From: an uncultured Rickettsiaceae bacterium
GTDB taxonomy: Bacteria; Pseudomonadota; Alphaproteobacteria; Rickettsiales; Rickettsiaceae
NCBI GenBank assembly: GCA_905479885.1
Contig: CAJQOE010000061.1
Coordinates: 1-36,947 of the forward strand
DNA: 36,947 nucleotides
Reading direction: 5' to 3'
Below are positions 1-9,786 of this stretch, in pieces. A model generated the notes under the pieces. The model had not been told where the DNA came from. It saw only the letters and a list, made by a program, of their open reading frames with translations, and did no database searches. The translations under genes were made by a program, and so were the position numbers. Each line of letters begins with the position of its first letter. The first letter of the stretch is position 1.

Positions 1-2
1 CA

Positions 3-2003
3 TATCCTTCCAATATTTTGGCTGTTACTTTTACTAATAAAGCCTCTAAGGAAATGCAAGAGCGAGTTAATAATATAACGCACGCTGATGGACTTAATAT
101 CGGAACATTTCATTCTATCGCTGCAAGAATGCTTAGATCACATATCAACCTGCTTAACCTAGATTTAAGCAGTTCTTTTACAATTATAAATCAAGATGAT
201 CAAGTAAAATTGCTCAAAAATATACAATTGCAGCATAATATCGATATAAAACAATACGCCCCTAAAATGCTTCATGCAATAATTTCTCGTTGGAAAGATC
301 AAGGCATTATCCCCGAGAAATTAAGTGACACAGATTTTATATCCCCAGCACATAAAATAGCAAAATCAGTATATACTGAATATCAGAGGCAAATGCATGC
401 TTCAAACGCTGTGGATTTTGGCGACTTGCTACTTTATTGTAACCAACTTTTGATTAATAATCCTGATATTTTAGAGCATTATCAAAACAAATTTAAGTAT
501 ATACTAATTGACGAGTACCAAGATACAAACGCTGTACAATATATATGGGCACGTATGCTTGCTAGTAAACATAAAAATATTTGCTGCGTTGGTGACGATG
601 ATCAATCTATCTATAGCTGGCGCGGAGCAGAGGTAAAAAACATCTTGCGGTTTGAAAAAGACTTTCCCAATGCGAAAGTAATTAAGCTGGAACAAAATTA
701 TCGTTCCACTCCTTATATTTTAAAAGCAGCATCCAGTGTTATAGCGCATAATAAAAACAGGCATAGCAAGGAATTATGGACTAATCAGGAACCAGGAAAA
801 AAAATTCAAATTATATCCTGCTGGAACGACAAAGAAGAAGCTAGGTTTATCTCTACAGAAACTGAGAAATCTATTAACTCAGGGCTTTATAAAGCACGAC
901 AAATAGCTATCTTAGTGCGAGCTGGTTTTCAAACCAGGGCTTTCGAAGAAGTTTTTATCAGCAATGCACTTCCTTATCAGATTATCGGCGGGCTTCGTTT
1001 CTATGAACGCATGGAAGTACGCGATCTTTTAGCTTATATAAGGCTAAGCATGAATAATAATGATAATTTAGCTTTAGAACGAATTATAAATGTACCTAAG
1101 AGATCTATTGGCAACGTAACGTTAAAGAAGATTAAAGATTTTGCTAGCGAACGGGAATTATCTGTATTTGCAGCACTAACGCAAATGTTACAAGACAATG
1201 TCTTCACGGGCAGAACAAAAGACAGTTTGCAACATTTTGTAAATCTAATCATTTTGGCCGGTAAAAAATATGAAAATGAATCAGCTTTTGAGGTTACTAA
1301 ATTTATTCTAGAAGAATCCAAATATCTTGCAATTCTCAAAGCTGAACAAACCGAAGAGTCTAGAGCACGAATTGAAAACATCAACGAGATGCTCAAAGCC
1401 ATAGATGAATTTGATAATATTGTTGAATTCGTTGAACATTCAAGCTTAGTGATGGACAATGAAACCCTAGAGTCTGACTTTGGCGGTACAGTAAAAATTA
1501 TGACTTTGCACGCAGCCAAAGGTCTAGAATTTGACTTGGTGTTCCTACCAGGCTGGGAAGAAAATGTTTTTCCACACCAAAAAGCCCTATCTGAAGAAGG
1601 GGAAAAGGGGCTAGAAGAAGAACGACGCATCGCCTATGTCGGTATAACTCGTGCCAAAAAGGAGCTTTATATTACCTATGCAGAAAACCGTAGGGTCTTT
1701 GCTGAAATTCTAAATTCGATCCCGTCACGCTTTTTAATGGAAATACCCGATGTGCTATGTGAAAAACATTCATCAACTAATCGCTTAAATTATATGGGCT
1801 CTAGACATAATTTCTCTATGCAACCCAATAAAGTAAAGACTCCTACCCAGATCGACACTTCAGGTAAAAAACCAGGCAATCGTGTTTACCACCAGAAATT
1901 CGGCTCTGGAATTATCGTGCGTAAAAATGGTGATAGCTTAGAAATTGCTTTTGAGAAGCTGGGGCTTAAAACTATCAAAGAAGATTACGTGGAAGAAGTA
2001 TAA
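3..2003 (+). CDS. uvrD: ATP-dependent DNA helicase UvrD/PcrA, 5'-truncated by the window edge
   Basis: Frame is open from base 3 ([14 protein letters not shown]). SF1 motifs [43 protein letters not shown] and [13 protein letters not shown], plus C-terminal Tudor-like VYHQKFGSG. Walker A lies upstream of the window. Confidence 0.95.
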   Translation, partial: YPSNILAVTFTNKASKEMQERVNNITHADGLNIGTFHSIAARMLRSHINLLNLDLSSSFTIINQDDQVKLLKNIQLQHNIDIKQYAPKMLHAIISRWKDQGIIPEKLSDTDFISPAHKIAKSVYTEYQRQMHASNAVDFGDLLLYCNQLLINNPDILEHYQNKFKYILIDEYQDTNAVQYIWARMLASKHKNICCVGDDDQSIYSWRGAEVKNILRFEKDFPNAKVIKLEQNYRSTPYILKAASSVIAHNKNRHSKELWTNQEPGKKIQIISCWNDKEEARFISTETEKSINSGLYKARQIAILVRAGFQTRAFEEVFISNALPYQIIGGLRFYERMEVRDLLAYIRLSMNNNDNLALERIINVPKRSIGNVTLKKIKDFASERELSVFAALTQMLQDNVFTGRTKDSLQHFVNLIILAGKKYENESAFEVTKFILEESKYLAILKAEQTEESRARIENINEMLKAIDEFDNIVEFVEHSSLVMDNETLESDFGGTVKIMTLHAAKGLEFDLVFLPGWEENVFPHQKALSEEGEKGLEEERRIAYVGITRAKKELYITYAENRRVFAEILNSIPSRFLMEIPDVLCEKHSSTNRLNYMGSRHNFSMQPNKVKTPTQIDTSGKKPGNRVYHQKFGSGIIVRKNGDSLEIAFEKLGLKTIKEDYVEEV

Positions 2004-2049
2004 GCAATCAACTGTAGAGAATTTTAGAACAAAGCCTTTTTAATCTAGT

Positions 2050-3303
2050 TTAAAAAGTTCTTTGATTCAAACGCGCTTGAATCACATTTGCTATTATCAT
2101 AATAGCAAAACCAATAATAGCCAGCATCGAAGCAGTTGGTATTATCGAAATACTAGTAATGAAAGCTTCTGGGCTGTAGGATTTTATACCATTAACCATG
2201 GTTCCATCCCATAATTTGTCTAGAGTCATACCGATTGAATTGTGGAATATCCAGCCGAAAGTCATGATGATCATATTTACAACGGATGCTGCCATACCAC
2301 TGCGTTCTTCAGAAACAAAAGTAGCAATTCTTGCAATAATTACTACCTGATAAGAGCAAAATATACCAGTTATTACACATGTATAATATAAATAATCTGT
2401 AGTAGCTTTGCCGCTTAATAGATAGATAAAACAAAGTATCATTACAATCCCAGAGAAAATGGTTACACCGAAATACCATCTGGTTTTATCTGCAATATAC
2501 GGTAAAATAAGGCAACCAACACACATACCTAGAAATACAGATAAGGTAATGGAGTCTGCCATTGTTTTTTCTAGGCCATAAACGCTTATCATAAAAGCGC
2601 TTCCCCATGCGTCAGCAAAACCTTCCAAAGGTCCAACCATTAAACCTGCGAATATACTAGCAAATAGCAATCTATAATTACAGATAATCGCTTTAATATC
2701 AGTCCAAATATTGCTATGAGAAACTTCGGATACTGAAGCTGGCAGTAAGAAATATGTTAATATAGCTAAAATAACCCCGGTATATAGTAAAACACTAAGG
2801 GTCGTATCAATACCAATAGATGCAATAATTCCAGACATAGGCGTGCTTGCGTATACAGCTGTAATTAAGCCAAGTGAAACCATTATACCAAGCATCATTG
2901 CGAATTTAGTTGGGTATAAAATACGGAATATTTGTAGCGCGCCTACGATGGCAGCAGATGAACCAATACCTGTGAAAACTCTTCCTAGTACTACAATCCA
3001 CCAAGAGTCACAATAGATCATTGGAGCTAAGCCAATAGCAGTGCATCCTATGCAAATAGGTATTACAGTTTTAGCACCAAAGCGGCTTAGTAGTATCCCA
3101 ACTGGAATATGCACCACAATATATCCTATATAATAAATACCAGCGAATGAGCCAAATTCAGCAGCGCCAATACCATATTTACCCAGTATTTCTGGCATAA
3201 TTATATTTGGTAAGGGCCTTAGAATATATTGATAACAATAGAACAAGGTTATGCATGACCATATTAATATGGAAATAAATTTGTTCTTTTCTTCAATTTT
3301 CAT
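2050..3303 (-). CDS. Major facilitator superfamily transporter, substrate unknown
   Basis: 417 aa with about 12 hydrophobic segments; motif-A-like GILLSRFGAK and PYIADKTR; LGRVFTGIG; GAGG Shine-Dalgarno at 3314-3317. Confidence 0.85.
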   Translation of the reverse strand: MKIEEKNKFISILIWSCITLFYCYQYILRPLPNIIMPEILGKYGIGAAEFGSFAGIYYIGYIVVHIPVGILLSRFGAKTVIPICIGCTAIGLAPMIYCDSWWIVVLGRVFTGIGSSAAIVGALQIFRILYPTKFAMMLGIMVSLGLITAVYASTPMSGIIASIGIDTTLSVLLYTGVILAILTYFLLPASVSEVSHSNIWTDIKAIICNYRLLFASIFAGLMVGPLEGFADAWGSAFMISVYGLEKTMADSITLSVFLGMCVGCLILPYIADKTRWYFGVTIFSGIVMILCFIYLLSGKATTDYLYYTCVITGIFCSYQVVIIARIATFVSEERSGMAASVVNMIIMTFGWIFHNSIGMTLDKLWDGTMVNGIKSYSPEAFITSISIIPTASMLAIIGFAIMIIANVIQARLNQRTF

Positions 3304-3328
3304 TTGAATTTATCCTCGAATGGTAGCT

Positions 3329-3372
3329 AACCCTACAGGGTATAATAATCTAAACATAGATCTTGTAGGGTT
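3329..3372. other. Stem-loop between secD and the MFS gene
   Basis: AACCCTACA (3329-3337) pairs with TGTAGGGTT (3364-3372); inner stem ATCTA/TAGAT (3348-3352/3357-3361). Confidence 0.6.
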
Positions 3373-3389
3373 TATTTTAAATGCGCGTA

Positions 3390-3418
3390 AGTTTAATAAA
3401 CTTGTCAAACATAGTCAA
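3390..3418 (-). promoter_or_regulatory. Putative sigma70 promoter of the MFS gene
   Basis: Minus strand reads TTGACT-17 nt-TAAACT. Confidence 0.5.
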
Positions 3419-3428
3419 GATGGATTTG

Positions 3429-4976
3429 TTATAGCCCCATGGATTTGGGCTTGTAATATTTTAACCATAAATCGATCATCAGCTTTGTAATTACTAAGGC
3501 AGTATACATTGAGGCAAGGATACCAATAGTTAGAGTTACGGCAAATCCCTTAATAGCTCCGACTCCAAAACTATATAGCAAGAAAGCTGCAATTAACGTC
3601 GTAACGTTTGAATCTGTAATAGTAGCAAATGCTGAATCAAAGCCGACTTTAACGGCATATAAATTAGAACAACCTTTGTCAAGCTCTTCTCGAATACGTT
3701 CATAAATTAATACATTGGCATCAACTGCCATCCCAATAGTTAGGATTATACCAGCAATACCTGGAAGAGTGAGGGTGGCTTGTAGCATTGAAAGGAGGGC
3801 TAATATATAGAGTAGGGCAATGACTAAAGTGATATTGGCAAAGATGCCTAATATGCCATATGAAAGCAGCATAAACACCACAACGAATAGAAATCCAACT
3901 AATGCTGCCAGTTTTCCAGATTCGATTGAATCAGCGCCCAGGTTTGGTCCTATACTTCTTTCTTCTATGATTTTCAATTGTGCAGGTAGTGCGCCAGCAC
4001 GTAAAACTAAAGCAAGTTCAGTTGCAGATTCAACAGTAAAGCTACCAGAGATGATACCATCTCCGCCAAGTATTGGGTTGTTGATTACGGGAGCGCTCAA
4101 TACGGCGCCATCAAGTACAACTGCCAAACGTTTTCCGCGATTATTAGACGTTGCTTCGGCAAATTTTTTCGCACCTAAATGATTAAACGAGAAATGTACT
4201 ACAGGCTGAGCTTCTTGGAATTGAGCTTGGGCATTATTAAGTTGATCACCACTAACAATCACCTTGTTTTTGATGACCATTATATCAGACCCAGGATCTT
4301 CGGATTTAACCACTTTTGATCCAGGTGGCACGTTCCCATTTCTAGCGCGCTCCAGGTTGGCTCCTTCATCTACTAGGTGGAAAGTCAGCTTGGCTGTTTT
4401 ACCTAGGATTCGTTTCAGCTCAGACGGGTTGTCTTCGCCTGGTACTTGTAATAAAATATCTTTTACACACTGGCGCTGGATGTTTGGTTCTTTTGTGCCG
4501 GTACTGTCAACACGCATACGAATAATTTCAATAGACTGATCAATGACTTTGTCTTGTAGTTGATTTATTGCATACTCGTTATAAAAAAGAATAATAGAAG
4601 TTTCGCCTTCTTTAGCTACAGATAAATTAGGGTCAATATTTCTAGCTATTTTTTTCAAGGATTTGAAATCTTCTTTTGAGCGGAGCTCAAATTTTACATT
4701 ATTTTTAGAGATTCTTAGGTTCCTGTAGCCGATTTTATCTTCACGTGCATATTTTCTGAAACTTTCAGCAATAGAATTGCTAACATCATCCATGTAACTA
4801 TCGAAGTCAACGCTAAGAAGTAGGTGCGAGCCACCGCGTAAGTCGAGTCCTAAATTGACTTTATCTCCTGGTAGCCATTCTGGGCTATCATCCATAAAGT
4901 TAGGCAGTACATAAATCGTAGCGATTATTGTAAATAAAATAGAAGTAATAATTTTCCACTTTGATATTTGATGCAC
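3429..4976 (-). CDS. secD: Protein translocase subunit SecD
   Basis: NLGLDLRGGSHLLL, IGPNLGADSI, LTLPGIAGIILTIGMAVDANVLIYERIREE, KGFAVTL; GTG start; follows yajC. Confidence 0.97.
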   Translation of the reverse strand: MHQISKWKIITSILFTIIATIYVLPNFMDDSPEWLPGDKVNLGLDLRGGSHLLLSVDFDSYMDDVSNSIAESFRKYAREDKIGYRNLRISKNNVKFELRSKEDFKSLKKIARNIDPNLSVAKEGETSIILFYNEYAINQLQDKVIDQSIEIIRMRVDSTGTKEPNIQRQCVKDILLQVPGEDNPSELKRILGKTAKLTFHLVDEGANLERARNGNVPPGSKVVKSEDPGSDIMVIKNKVIVSGDQLNNAQAQFQEAQPVVHFSFNHLGAKKFAEATSNNRGKRLAVVLDGAVLSAPVINNPILGGDGIISGSFTVESATELALVLRAGALPAQLKIIEERSIGPNLGADSIESGKLAALVGFLFVVVFMLLSYGILGIFANITLVIALLYILALLSMLQATLTLPGIAGIILTIGMAVDANVLIYERIREELDKGCSNLYAVKVGFDSAFATITDSNVTTLIAAFLLYSFGVGAIKGFAVTLTIGILASMYTALVITKLMIDLWLKYYKPKSMGL

Positions 4977-5009
4977 AGCCCACTCTCTAATTTAAACAAA
5001 ATAATTTAA

Positions 5010-5441
5010 TTATTTTTTTGTAATTTTTGTTTTTGATGTTTTTTCCTTTGGGGTATTACCAGATTTAACATCTTTCGCAGTTTCTTTATTGTTTCTACTA
5101 ATTATATCGGCAATAGAATTTTTAAGCATTTTAACTTCTACGTCCTTAGAGACTTGTACCATAATTGTATTATCACTATCATTTATTTGGGTTACTTTGC
5201 CAAACAAACCAGTATTTGTAAGTACTTCTTCACCTTTTTTTACACCAGAAACTAACTGTGCTTGTTGGCGACGTTTTTTTTCTTGTGGTCGAATAAGTAA
5301 GAAATAAAATACTACAAAGATTAATACCATTGGTACTAAACTTGTCCATCCAGACTCTATAGGCGGAGGAGCAGCTGTTTCATTTGCGGAATCTTGAATA
5401 GTTATTGTGTCAGTATCAGCAAGCGCGTTTTCTATAAACAT
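5010..5441 (-). CDS. yajC: Preprotein translocase subunit YajC
   Basis: FYFLLIRPQEKKRR and VKKGEEVLTNTGLFGKV; directly upstream of secD. Confidence 0.95.
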   Translation of the reverse strand: MFIENALADTDTITIQDSANETAAPPPIESGWTSLVPMVLIFVVFYFLLIRPQEKKRRQQAQLVSGVKKGEEVLTNTGLFGKVTQINDSDNTIMVQVSKDVEVKMLKNSIADIISRNNKETAKDVKSGNTPKEKTSKTKITKK

Positions 5442-5470
5442 TATGTCCTCATTATGAATTTATATTTGTA

Positions 5471-7237
5471 TTATACAGAGTTAGTTGTTTCTTTCAATTC
5501 CTTATTATATAACTTATAATATTCTTTTTGCAGGTTTAACAATTCAATATGAGTGCCTTGTTCTACGGTTCTACCTTGCTTCATCACAACTATTTGATTA
5601 GCGTCTGCTATACTGCTGAGTCTATGTGTGATAATTAATGTAGTACGACCTTTTCTTAATTTTGCAATAGCATTGATTATTGATTGTTCCGAGCTTTGGT
5701 CTAAAGCACTAGTAGCTTCATCTAATAACAAGATAGGAGCATTTTTTAAAAAAGCTCTGGCAATGGATAATTTTTGCTTTTGTCCACCAGACAAGGTGGA
5801 TCCAAATACACCAATAATAGTCTCGTAGCCTTGAGGTAGTGAGTTTATAAATTCATGTGCATCTGCAGCTTTGGCGGCTTCTATGATTTCTGATTGAGAG
5901 GCCTTTTTAGTGCCATACGCAATATTTTCAGAGATGGTAGAGTCGAAAAGCAGAGTGTCCTGAGTCACCATGGCAATTTGGCTACGTAGATGTTGTAAGG
6001 ATATATTTTTAATATTTTCTCCATCAATGTTAATTTCACCTGTAGTAGGATCAAAAAAACGCACTAATAAATTAGCTGCTGTTGTTTTGCCACTACCAGA
6101 TCTACCTACAATGGCAAATGTCTGTCCAGATGGAATTTTAATATTAAGAGATTCAATACCCGTTTTATTGTTATCGAATTTAAGCCCTACTTGTTTAAAC
6201 TCTATTTCAGGATGTAGCCATTTGGGTTTTGTAGGGTTTTGTATATTGTGGATTGTGGGCTTTAAATCTAATATATTGAACACACGATTTGCAGCGGCTA
6301 GACCTTCTTGTAAATTGACATTTAATGCCACTAGGCTTTTAAATGGCCTGTAAGCGGAAACAAAAGCCGTGATAAATGCGAATAAGGCTCCAGTAGTCAT
6401 ATTGCCTTCAATTACAGAAAATCCGCCATACCATAATACGCAGGCTACAGCGATACCGCTTAGTATTTCCATAATAGGGGAGGTTAGAGAGTCAAACTTC
6501 GCAGCTTTTTTATAAAACTCTAATATGGTATCTGTAATTTTTTTTGCTCGCGCAGCTTCTATTTTTTCTGTGCAGAATGATTTTATGATCTTGATGGAAA
6601 AGAACGTTTCATCTAAACGAGAAGTAAAATGACTTAATTCTTCTTGGGCATCTCCAGTCACGGCTCGCATTCTTCGGCCCAATTTTTGTATCGGATAAAT
6701 TGCGAATGGAAATGCAAAAAATACAAATGCAGATAAAAATGGTTCAAGGCTAAACATTATTATTATCAAGAATAATACGAATAAAAAATGTTTAGCACAG
6801 CCAACTAACATATTAGATACTGCGCCGCGCATAAGAACAATATCATTAGTAAAGCGTGAAATTAGACGACCAGAAGATTGTGATTGCAAAAACAGAAAGT
6901 CAGCAGATAGTAAATGCTCGTACATGCGCATTTGCATATTAGTTAGTATTTGTTGTCCTATATACTTGATTATATAGCTTTGAAAATATTCAGCTATACC
7001 TTTAATAGTGTGAGCAGCTAGTATCGCTAAGGGGATAAGAATAAGCATTTCGCGATCATGCGTCATAAAAACCCTGTCGATTGCTGGCTGTACTAACCAT
7101 ATAATAGCAGCTGCACACAAGGCTGATAATACCATAAATAATATTGCAATTATCACCTTTCCTTTATAGGGGGCTACATGTTCTTGCAATAACCTTTTGA
7201 TAACTAGCTTTGATGCTAACTTTCTTTCTAATGACAA
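5471..7237 (-). CDS. msbA: MsbA-like ABC exporter (fused TMD-NBD), probable lipid A flippase
   Basis: Six-TM domain with SGRLISRFTND; Walker A GRSGSGKT, signature LSGGQ, Walker B LLLDEATSALD, H-loop ITHRLS. Confidence 0.8.
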   Translation of the reverse strand: MSLERKLASKLVIKRLLQEHVAPYKGKVIIAILFMVLSALCAAAIIWLVQPAIDRVFMTHDREMLILIPLAILAAHTIKGIAEYFQSYIIKYIGQQILTNMQMRMYEHLLSADFLFLQSQSSGRLISRFTNDIVLMRGAVSNMLVGCAKHFLFVLFLIIIMFSLEPFLSAFVFFAFPFAIYPIQKLGRRMRAVTGDAQEELSHFTSRLDETFFSIKIIKSFCTEKIEAARAKKITDTILEFYKKAAKFDSLTSPIMEILSGIAVACVLWYGGFSVIEGNMTTGALFAFITAFVSAYRPFKSLVALNVNLQEGLAAANRVFNILDLKPTIHNIQNPTKPKWLHPEIEFKQVGLKFDNNKTGIESLNIKIPSGQTFAIVGRSGSGKTTAANLLVRFFDPTTGEINIDGENIKNISLQHLRSQIAMVTQDTLLFDSTISENIAYGTKKASQSEIIEAAKAADAHEFINSLPQGYETIIGVFGSTLSGGQKQKLSIARAFLKNAPILLLDEATSALDQSSEQSIINAIAKLRKGRTTLIITHRLSSIADANQIVVMKQGRTVEQGTHIELLNLQKEYYKLYNKELKETTNSV

Positions 7238-7349
7238 AAAAGAACTCCAATTTCAGTGTAAGAAAAATCGTATATTAGTGTTTGAAGGTACTAATATCAA
7301 GCAAAAAACAATTCAAAGCTTTTGTGATTTAAATATCACGACTTAAATT

Positions 7350-8042
7350 TCAATCTAAGCAATATCCAGCTGACCTTATAGTTTTGATTAGCGGGTATTG
7401 ATCTGTTTCAAGTTTCATTAAAGTTCTAATTCTATTGACATGTACGTCTATTGTACGGTGCGCTATATCTTTGTCAGTTCCCCAAACATAATCAATAATC
7501 TGGCGTCGTGAATATATGTTCTTTGGCTGTTGCACAAATAATTGTAAAATTTTAAATTCTGTAGGACCTAGATGTACCTGCTTTACATTTCTATAAACCC
7601 TATAAGTAGATAGATCCATGCTAATATCATTATATTTTATGATCTTATCCTGGAATATTGGTTTTGATTGTCTAAGCAAAGACCTAATAGTAGTCATTAG
7701 TTCATTTGGAGTAAAAGGTCTAATTAAAGACTCCGAATAATTACTATTACTGATCACACTATGTGCAGACTCACTTTGCTCCATAAGAAATAATATTGGC
7801 AGGTCGCGCATGTTTTTCATTTTTCGTAACTGAGCCGCTACTTCGTTGGCAGAGTTGTTTGGAATTCTAGAACTTATAATTGCTACATTAGGTGGATTTA
7901 CTTCAGCTGAACGAATTGCAGATTCAGCGCTGCGCGCGCGCGTTACATCAAACCAATAGCGTTCTATAGCATTACATAGATTTGCATTCAAGCTTTCGTC
8001 TGGTTCAATGACTAAAATTTTTGGTGGTAATTTATCTGACAC
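7350..8042 (-). CDS. OmpR/PhoB-family regulator with a degenerate (pseudo-)receiver domain
   Basis: Winged-helix domain is PhoB-like (HLGPTEFKIL, YSRRQIIDYVWG, RTIDVHVNRIR, IKTIRSAGY). Receiver lacks the phospho-Asp, the Thr and the Lys. Confidence 0.85.
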   Translation of the reverse strand: MSDKLPPKILVIEPDESLNANLCNAIERYWFDVTRARSAESAIRSAEVNPPNVAIISSRIPNNSANEVAAQLRKMKNMRDLPILFLMEQSESAHSVISNSNYSESLIRPFTPNELMTTIRSLLRQSKPIFQDKIIKYNDISMDLSTYRVYRNVKQVHLGPTEFKILQLFVQQPKNIYSRRQIIDYVWGTDKDIAHRTIDVHVNRIRTLMKLETDQYPLIKTIRSAGYCLD

Positions 8043-8193
8043 TTTTTGTACTCTCTGGTTTTGAATTGTTATTTAAGAAGATATTATAGTTCTTTCATAC
8101 TTTACAACCAAGTGAAACACAATTAATAAAGTGATTTTTTTATATATTTATGGCTATTTAAAGACATATTTTGTATTTTTGAGAAGATAATGC

Positions 8194-8222
8194 TTGAATA
8201 AGGAAGTTTAAATTGGTATAAA
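8194..8222 (+). promoter_or_regulatory. Putative sigma70 promoter of the rpsF operon
   Basis: TTGAAT-17 nt-TATAAA with an extended -10 TG. Confidence 0.5.
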
Positions 8223-8265
8223 TGGCCATATTTTTAAAAGCAGTTATTAATTGGAGACGCTTTAT

Positions 8266-8673
8266 ATGGCATTTTATGAATCCATTATCATCATCCGTCA
8301 AGATGTTTCTTCTATAGAAGTTGACAAGCTTGCGAATGATTTTGCACAGATAGTTAAAGACCACGATGGTACAGTTATTAAAACTGAATATTGGGGATTA
8401 AAACAACTTGCATACGAAATTGAGAATAACAAAAAAGGACATTACTATTTCATGGGAATCGAGGCAAATAATGTTTTGCTCGCAGAAATGGATAGAAAAT
8501 TAAAACTTAGTGAAAGCGTAATTCGTTCTTCATTAATTAGGGTGGATGAGATTAGTAAAGATCCTTCTCCTATATTAAAAGCAAAAAGTTCGGATGGCGA
8601 AGAAACCGTTGATGTTACAACTAACAAGTCCTCACCGCGCATATTTAAAGATACTAACAATAAAAAAGATTAG
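8266..8673 (+). CDS. rpsF: 30S ribosomal protein S6
   Basis: MAFYESIIIIRQD, EYWGLKQLAYEI, KKGHY. Start moved to ATG 8266, which has GGAG at 8253-8256. Confidence 0.96.
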   Translation: MAFYESIIIIRQDVSSIEVDKLANDFAQIVKDHDGTVIKTEYWGLKQLAYEIENNKKGHYYFMGIEANNVLLAEMDRKLKLSESVIRSSLIRVDEISKDPSPILKAKSSDGEETVDVTTNKSSPRIFKDTNNKKD

Positions 8674-8678
8674 ATTTA

Positions 8679-8963
8679 ATGGCTAAAGAATATAATTCAG
8701 AACCAATGAAAGCAGTAGACGGCGATAAAAACAGCACAAAGATGTTTTTTAAAAAGAGTAAAGGTTGTCCTTTATGCTCTTCTTCATCCCCTGCTATAGA
8801 TTATAAAAACCCAGGGCTTTTAGAACAGTTTATTTCTGAAGGTGGAAGGATGTTGCCTAGTAGAATTACTAATGTTTGTGCTAAGCATCAAAGATCTTTA
8901 AAAAAAGCTATTAAACATAGCAGAGTTATTGCACTTTTGCCTTTCGTGTTTTTGCGTAAGTAG
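8679..8963 (+). CDS. rpsR: 30S ribosomal protein S18
   Basis: IDYKN, FISEGGRMLPSRIT, IALLPF; canonical rpsF-rpsR-rplI order. Confidence 0.96.
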   Translation: MAKEYNSEPMKAVDGDKNSTKMFFKKSKGCPLCSSSSPAIDYKNPGLLEQFISEGGRMLPSRITNVCAKHQRSLKKAIKHSRVIALLPFVFLRK

Positions 8964-9012
8964 TTTTAGTTGTAATTTTAAATAAATTTATTAACCTTAA
9001 TGTATTAAAATT

Positions 9013-9621
9013 ATGCAAGTTATTTTAGTTAAGCCTGTTAGAAAATTAGGCCAAGTCGGAGAAACAGTTACTGTAGCAAATGGTTATGGTCGTAATTATT
9101 TAGTTCCACAGGAATTTGCTATTAGAGCAACTAAAGAAAATATAGAAAAATTTGCTGCTATACAAAAAGATTTAGAGGCTAAGAATTCTGAAAATAAAGT
9201 AGAAGCTGAAAAAGCTGCAAAGCTTATTGAAGGCAAGCATATTGATTTTGTTACTCAGTCTGCAGCAGATGGTAGATTATTTGGTTCTGTTAGTGCAAAG
9301 AGTTTGGCTATTGAAATCGCTAAATTTGCAGGGATCACTTTAAATTATTCTAATATTTTGCTTGGTGCACCGATTAAATTTAATGGTGTGTACAATGTTC
9401 AGATTGTGTTACACCCAGAAGTGGTGACTAATATTCTTGTTGTTGTAGCTAAATCTGCAGCAGAAGCACAAGATGCCCTAAGAGAGCACAAAGAAGGTGG
9501 TTCAAAGAAGGAAGCAGAAGCAAGAGAAGCAGAAATGCTAGCACTTGAAGTAGCTGCTGCGACTGCTATAGAAGTTGAAGTGTCTGAAGCAATAATGGAT
9601 GCAGATGATTCTGCTGAATAA
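9013..9621 (+). CDS. rplI: 50S ribosomal protein L9
   Basis: MQVIL, LGQVGETVTVANGYGRNYLVPQ, GRLFGSV; acidic C-terminal tail. Confidence 0.97.
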   Translation: MQVILVKPVRKLGQVGETVTVANGYGRNYLVPQEFAIRATKENIEKFAAIQKDLEAKNSENKVEAEKAAKLIEGKHIDFVTQSAADGRLFGSVSAKSLAIEIAKFAGITLNYSNILLGAPIKFNGVYNVQIVLHPEVVTNILVVVAKSAAEAQDALREHKEGGSKKEAEAREAEMLALEVAAATAIEVEVSEAIMDADDSAE

Positions 9622-9638
9622 AATATAATTATTTTATA

Positions 9639-9677
9639 AATAAAAAAGGCAACTCAAACTGGGTTGCCTTTTTTATT
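9639..9677 (+). terminator. Rho-independent terminator of rpsF-rpsR-rplI (bidirectional shape)
   Basis: AATAAAAAAGGCAACTC-aaact-GGGTTGCCTTTTTTATT. Confidence 0.9.
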
Positions 9678-9786
9678 ATATTAGCACTAATTTAAGTTGG
9701 GTTCGTATTTTTGTTTGCGTCGCATGTGTTAGAGTCTAATCTTAAAAAAACCATAACCCGCATGTTTTAGGAAGCAAAGCAAAGAT

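Noticed and set aside
1034-1630. 198-aa antisense ORF and similar ones (3820-4182, 5970-6353, 28368-28730, 28874-29212, 36538-36918)
   Set aside because: They lie opposite conserved genes, mostly codon-aligned, and show no domain motifs; these are shadow ORFs.
2036-2057. CTTTTTAA/TTAAAAAG hairpin between convergent uvrD and MFS genes
   Set aside because: Nearly all A/T and overlapping the MFS stop; too weak to call a terminator.
3402-3419. Tandem GTCAA resembling a PHO box
   Set aside because: Spacing is 10 bp, not 11, and it is explained by the -35 element.
3429-4976. secD without adjacent secF
   Set aside because: As I recall, the split arrangement is normal in Rickettsiaceae; the same applies to addB without addA.
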